DNA of 64,000 nt from NCBI GenBank assembly GCA_038231135.1, contig JBBRLX010000002.1, forward strand, positions 160,001 to 224,000, given 5' to 3'. Every line of letters begins with the position of its first letter. Positions within the stretch are counted from its first letter, which is position 1. A program made the position numbers and the translations under genes. Origin of the DNA: Candidatus Eiseniibacteriota bacterium (GTDB taxonomy: Bacteria; Eisenbacteria; RBG-16-71-46). This document shows, one piece after another, positions 58,122 to 64,000 of the stretch. Under the pieces are notes generated by a model. That model had not been told where the DNA came from. It was given only the letters and a program-made list of their open reading frames with translations, and did not search any database.

Positions 58122-58335
58122 GTGATGAGGGCCGCCGCGTGCCGGGAGTACGAACGAACGCCGACCCTACTGAAGCGTACGTCGCACCCCGTCACGCGAA
58201 CGGCATGCCTGGAAACGCGACCCCTCGTCGTTTCCCGCTTGCGACACGACCCGGCATGGCACCGGACCGCGTGCGCACCTCATCGACAACAGTGCTGCCC
58301 GCTGGCCATGCGCGCTGCGATGCGCGCCATCTCGC

Positions 58336-59295
58336 CTATGCCGGGCTCGCGATCACGCACCGGTGGTGAGCCGGCGCGCCGGTGAGATGCAGCAGGCGAA
58401 CCAGCGGAGCCGGGCAGTGTCGCAGCACCGACTCGGGAATGCTGCGGCGCTCGTGAACGGTCTCGTGCTGAACGATTCGAAATCCGTGCCGCCCGAGCAG
58501 CCCGTCGATCTGGTCCGCCGTGAGCGCCGGCCGGAACGCGTGGCCGAAACTGCGGCCGTCGGAACTCGTGAACGTCTCGTGCAGCGGCGACAGTTCCGTA
58601 CGGCCGCGCTCGTTGGTTCCTGCGGCCGGGGTGCACGAATCGCCGATCACGAGCACGCCGCCCGGCCTCAGGTGCTCGCGGACGACGCTCAGGAAATAGC
58701 CCGGCGGATCGACGCGCGACAGGCCCTCGCGCAGCCACACCAGGTCGCAGGAGTCGCTGAACCCATGCGACAGCGCCGCACGGCGGAACGTCACCGGACC
58801 GTGGTCGTTGTGCAGCCACGTCATGTGGGCGCTGCGCCAGCGCGCGACGTTCAGATGATCGGGGCGGATGTCCATGGCCGACACCTCGGCGCCCAGCCGG
58901 CCGAACAGCATGGCGTCCGTCCCGATGCCGCAGCTGGCATCGACGACGCGCAGCGGTTCCGCGCCGCGGGGCTGCTCCAGCAGCCGGCTCGTGATCCAGC
59001 GCATCGCCCAGCCGGTCTCGCCGTTCCACAGATTGGCGGTCATGCGGCGGATCCCCGCCTCGTCGGTCGGCCGCGGCAGCGTTGCCGTGTGGCGGCGGAA
59101 CAACTCGCGGCCGGTGTCGGACAGCAGCCGCGGCAGCGTGTACGGCTCGTCGACGACGGTCCAGCGGATGAACTCCGAGAACCACTGCAGCGCGAGCGTG
59201 TCGGCCGGAACGTCGGGCATCGTTGCCCGGGACGTAATCGTGGAATCGAGCATCCGTGGTGCGGGGGCGGGAACACAAAACGATGCATGGCTCAT
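58336..59295 (-). CDS. Class I SAM-dependent methyltransferase-like protein (start uncertain: 59295/59253/59220)
   Basis: VVDASCGIG motif I variant, V.AMDI, CDLV, HLRPGGVLVI. Confidence 0.7.
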   Translation of the reverse strand: MSHASFCVPAPAPRMLDSTITSRATMPDVPADTLALQWFSEFIRWTVVDEPYTLPRLLSDTGRELFRRHTATLPRPTDEAGIRRMTANLWNGETGWAMRWITSRLLEQPRGAEPLRVVDASCGIGTDAMLFGRLGAEVSAMDIRPDHLNVARWRSAHMTWLHNDHGPVTFRRAALSHGFSDSCDLVWLREGLSRVDPPGYFLSVVREHLRPGGVLVIGDSCTPAAGTNERGRTELSPLHETFTSSDGRSFGHAFRPALTADQIDGLLGRHGFRIVQHETVHERRSIPESVLRHCPAPLVRLLHLTGAPAHHRCVIASPA

Positions 59296-59307
59296 GACCT
59301 GGACCAG

Positions 59308-59323
59308 TGCAATCGGCGTGCCC
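59308..59323 (-). promoter_or_regulatory. Sigma54 (-24/-12) promoter
   Basis: GGGCACG-CCGA-TTGCA vs consensus TGGCACG-N4-TTGCW. Confidence 0.75.
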
Positions 59324-59362
59324 GGTTTCGCCTGGACGGCTTCTCATTGCGGCGGAAGCGTT

Positions 59363-59435
59363 TGCGGGATCCGACCCCACGCGCTCGACGCAGCCCGCAT
59401 GGGGAGGATTGACTCAGGTGGGGCGTATAGGGACG
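59363..59435. promoter_or_regulatory. Candidate enhancer (UAS) sites for the NtrC-family activator
   Basis: Related 17-bp imperfect palindromes TGCGGGATCCGACCCCA (59363-79), TGGGGAGGATTGACTCA (59400-16), TGGGGCGTATAGGGACG (59419-35). Confidence 0.45.
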
Positions 59436-59436
59436 A

Positions 59437-60830
<1,394 letters not shown>

Positions 60831-60834
<4 letters not shown>

Positions 60835-62327
60835 GCGCTCGCCTCTTCCCGATCGTAGTTCAGCGGCAGCACCACCGTGATGCGCGTGCCGGCATCGATG
60901 TCGCTGGTCAGCTCGAACCAGCCGCTGTGCTCCTCGATGATGCCATAGGACACCGACAATCCGAGCCCCGTGCCCTGGCCGGCCTCCTTGGTCGTGAAGA
61001 ATGGGTCGAATACGTGATTGCGAACTTCGGGCGCGATGCCGGTGCCGGTGTCGGCGAAGCACACGGTGACGCACGACTTCGGCAGCCCGCCGCGCGCGGG
61101 GTCGGTGAGCACCTCGGGCGCCAGCGAGATGCGCAGCGTCCCGCCCTGCGGCATGGCGTCCATGGCGTTGAGCGTGAGGTTCAGGAACACCTGCTGGAGC
61201 TGATCGGGATCGGCGACGATCGTCGGCAACTCGTCGGGAAACACGGTCTCCACCCGCACACTGCGCTTGGCGAGCTGCGCCTCGACCAGGTCCAGCACGT
61301 CACGGACGGCCCCGGCCAGGTCGGTCGCGACGCGGCGCGGCGGCTTCTGGCGCGCGAAGTCCAGCATGTCGCGGACGATGCGCACGATGCGCTCGGTCTG
61401 GGCCGTGATGATGCGCAGGTGCTTCTGGGCGATGTCATTGCCGTCGACGGTGCGGATCAACGATTCGGCGCGGCCGCTGATCACGTTGAGCGGCGTGCCG
61501 ATCTCGTGCGCCAGGCCCGCCGCGAGGCGCCCGAGGCCGGCGAGGCGTTCGGCGTTGCGCAGCCGCGTCTCGATCTGGCGCCGGCGCTCCTGCTCGGTGG
61601 CGAGCGACAGCCGCGCGGCCTGCAACCGCTCGCACATGCCGTTGAACTCCCGCGCCAGCCAGCCGAACTCGTCGTCGCCGTGCACCGGCACGCGGGCCGC
61701 GACGCCCTGGGCGCCGATCTCGCGGAAGCTCGTGACCAGCTCCGCGACCGGCCGCGTGATGCTGACCCGCGTCACGACCATCACGACCGCGATGATCGCG
61801 ATCGCCATCACGACGATCAGCGACAGGATGAACTTGAGCGTCGACATCGAGTCCTCGTGGATATAGGACTCGAGCTGCAGCACCTGCACCGCACCCTGCA
61901 GCCGGGCGCTGCGATCGACCAGCGGCTCGATGAAACCGACCACCGATTCCTTGCCGATGAACCGGCGCATCTCGATCAGCTTGCGCTGCGCCAGCACCTG
62001 GTGCAGCTCGGTCTGATGCCGGAACGGATACGGCTCGAGCGAGGTGGACTGGTAGATGATCTTTCCCGAGGCGTCGAACAATCGGAAGCCGAGCACGTGC
62101 TCGTAGCCGGTGGCGCGGTCGATGAGCTGCTTCAAGTCGGTGAACTGGAGATCGCGCAGGTAGTCCTCGCTGGCGATCTGCACCACCAGCGCGACGGCCC
62201 GGCCTTCCTTGCCCAGTTCCTCCCGCAGCAGCTCCTGGCTGCGGCGCTGGTACAACACGCCGACCAGCACCGTCAGCGCGACGAGCGGCACGACGAGCGA
62301 CACCGTGAGCCGGACTCCGATTCTCAA
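60831..62327 (-). CDS. Membrane sensor histidine kinase with HAMP domain
   Basis: Two TMs, HAMP DEFG.LA..FN.M, AHEIGTPL, LNL..NA.DAM, FDPFFTTK, GTGLGL; GGAGG RBS. Confidence 0.93.
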
Positions 62328-62553
62328 GGCTCAACCTCCCCTGGTCGCGATTCGAACGACGCCCCGTCGTGGGCACGTCACCGTGCATGGAACGCGTGGC
62401 GGTTCCGCTCGGGCGCCGGCGCTACGCCCGGCGCCGGCTGGCCCGCGAACCGCCATGGTACTCCGGCGCCCCCCGGATTGAATTCGGCCATTCGCACCCG
62501 TTCCATTTGTGAAACCTTGTCATACCGGCCGCCGCCGCCGTACTGTCCCGCCC

Positions 62554-62961
62554 ATGGCGATCTTCCTGTTCAAGACCGAGCCCAAGGATTATTCGTTCGA
62601 AGATCTGGTCCGCGAGAAAAAAGTGGTTTGGGAAGGGGTGAGCGCCCCCGCGGCGCTCAAGTACCTGCGCACCGTCAAGACCGGCGACACCGTGGCGATC
62701 TACCACACCGGCGACGTGAAGGCCGTGGTGGGGCTGGCGCGGGCGACGTCGGACTCGTATCCCGACGCCATGCTCAACAACCCCAAGCGCGCCGTGGTCG
62801 ACATCGAGCCGGTGGGGCCGCTCGCGAAGCCGGTGGCGCTGTCGACGTTCCGCGTCGATCCGGTGCTGATGACGAGCGAGCTGGTGCGCCTGCCGCGGCT
62901 GTCGGTGATGCCGCTCACCGCCGAACACCTCGAGCGCATCGAGCAGCTCGCGAAGAGCTGA
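62554..62961 (+). CDS. EVE domain protein
   Basis: LFKTEP..YS..DL, WEGV, GD...IYH, LVRLPRLSVMP. Confidence 0.9.
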   Translation: MAIFLFKTEPKDYSFEDLVREKKVVWEGVSAPAALKYLRTVKTGDTVAIYHTGDVKAVVGLARATSDSYPDAMLNNPKRAVVDIEPVGPLAKPVALSTFRVDPVLMTSELVRLPRLSVMPLTAEHLERIEQLAKS

Positions 62962-63025
62962 GGGTGGCCCGGGCCGGGCGGGCAACTTCCCCCGGGTCGA
63001 GTCTCAGGCCTCCTCTGGCACACAC

Positions 63026-63070
63026 AAAAAATGAAACCGGCGGCCACCCCTCTCGGGAGTGGCCGCCGTT
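63026..63070 (-). terminator. Rho-independent terminator (possibly bidirectional)
   Basis: CGGCGGCCAC...GTGGCCGCCG stem, followed on the minus strand by GTTTCATTTTTTG. Confidence 0.8.
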
Positions 63071-63094
63071 CTACAGACTGCTCGAGCGCTGCGG

Positions 63095-64000
63095 TTAGCG
63101 GGTCAGCGCGATGCGCTTCACCGCCACCTTGCCGCCGCCTTCGAAGCGCACGAAGTACATGCCGGCCGCCACGCGACCGCGATCGCCGCTACCCGACCAG
63201 ATCGCCTGATACCGGCCCGGGCGCTGGACCAGGTCCACCACCTTCGACACCAGCCGGCCCTGCAGATCCAGGATGCTCACGCGCACCTTCGCCTCGCGCG
63301 GCACCGTGTACTCGATCCGCGCCACGTCGGTGGTCGGATTCGGCGACACCCGCGCGAGCGCGAACTCGGTGATCAGCTCGCCGGCCTTGCCTTCGACCGG
63401 CGTGAACGACACCGTCTGGCCGCCCTTGACCGTCGCCACCAGGCGATAGACGTAGGACTTGTCGGCTTCGACCGTGCGATCGATGACCGTGGTGATGTTG
63501 TTCACCGTGGTCGGCTGAGCGTCGATCTTCTTCCACGGCCCCACCACCGTCGCGGAGCGCTCGACGGAGGTCGCGGTGACCTCGGTCGCGTCACCGAACT
63601 GCCAGCGGAGCTCGATGCCGTCGTTGACGGTCTCGGTCTCGAACAGGTTCAGCAGCACCGCGGTCGCGGGCTCCAGCTCGCCGCACTGGAAGTCACCGAA
63701 CCCGGTCACTCCGATTGCCTGCGTGCTGGTCGCGGTCCGCGTCCCCGTGAACGTCGAGAACCACGTGCCGTTGTAGCGCATCGTCACGAAGTTGCTCGTG
63801 TTCGCGCCGCCGTCGACATCCGAAGCGACGAAGTTGAACACCGCGTCGAAGTCCAGGAATATCGGCGAGGCGACCGAAGGCGTGAGCGTCCAGTAGCGAT
63901 TCGCCGTCTTGGTGGCGGTCAGACCCGACGTCGCGATGTTCGGCTCGTCCGGCGTGTGCGTGCTGCCCGTCACGGTGAATGACGTGCCCACACCGTTGAA
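63095..64000 (-). CDS. Secreted protein with FlgD-Ig/T9SS-type CTD (partial, 5' end beyond window)
   Basis: Frame open to the right edge; Thr-rich; SPNPT...I.YT...ILDLQGRLV...W.G...VAAGMYFVR. Confidence 0.85.
   Translation of the reverse strand, partial: FNGVGTSFTVTGSTHTPDEPNIATSGLTATKTANRYWTLTPSVASPIFLDFDAVFNFVASDVDGGANTSNFVTMRYNGTWFSTFTGTRTATSTQAIGVTGFGDFQCGELEPATAVLLNLFETETVNDGIELRWQFGDATEVTATSVERSATVVGPWKKIDAQPTTVNNITTVIDRTVEADKSYVYRLVATVKGGQTVSFTPVEGKAGELITEFALARVSPNPTTDVARIEYTVPREAKVRVSILDLQGRLVSKVVDLVQRPGRYQAIWSGSGDRGRVAAGMYFVRFEGGGKVAVKRIALTR

Noticed and set aside
62554..62961. EVE domain as part of a modification-dependent defence system
   Set aside because: Stand-alone gene with no nuclease or toxin neighbour

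Overview
A very GC-rich bacterial chromosomal segment with about 47 genes, mostly on the minus strand. No rRNA, tRNA, CRISPR array, transposase or phage gene was recognised. Four proteins end in a FlgD-Ig / T9SS-type C-terminal sorting-like domain. Together with the gene content this suggests an FCB-group candidate-phylum organism, Eisenbacteria/Latescibacteria-like (inference only). Housekeeping genes include ppdK, dusB, tmk, rsmI, ltaE, an HU-family gene, an ilvC-like gene, priA, tsaD and cutA. Notable modules are: (i) a cluster of secreted and lipoprotein genes, including a 1460-aa CTD protein with a strong promoter, a ~340-nt structured leader and a terminator; (ii) larB-larC plus a duplicated ECF-type ATPase; (iii) an inositol-phospholipid pair (PIP-synthase-like gene + ino1) near a GT-C/TPR glycosyltransferase; (iv) a c-di-GMP operon with a GAF-HK-GAF-HD-GYP fusion; (v) a stand-alone HzsA-like heme c beta-propeller protein; (vi) a sigma54 two-component module with its -24/-12 promoter and candidate enhancer sites; (vii) a 122-bp ERIC-like palindromic element in the leader of an S41 protease gene. 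All calls come from motif reading by eye; no database searches were run. Several starts were moved from the ORF track using RBS and overlap evidence.
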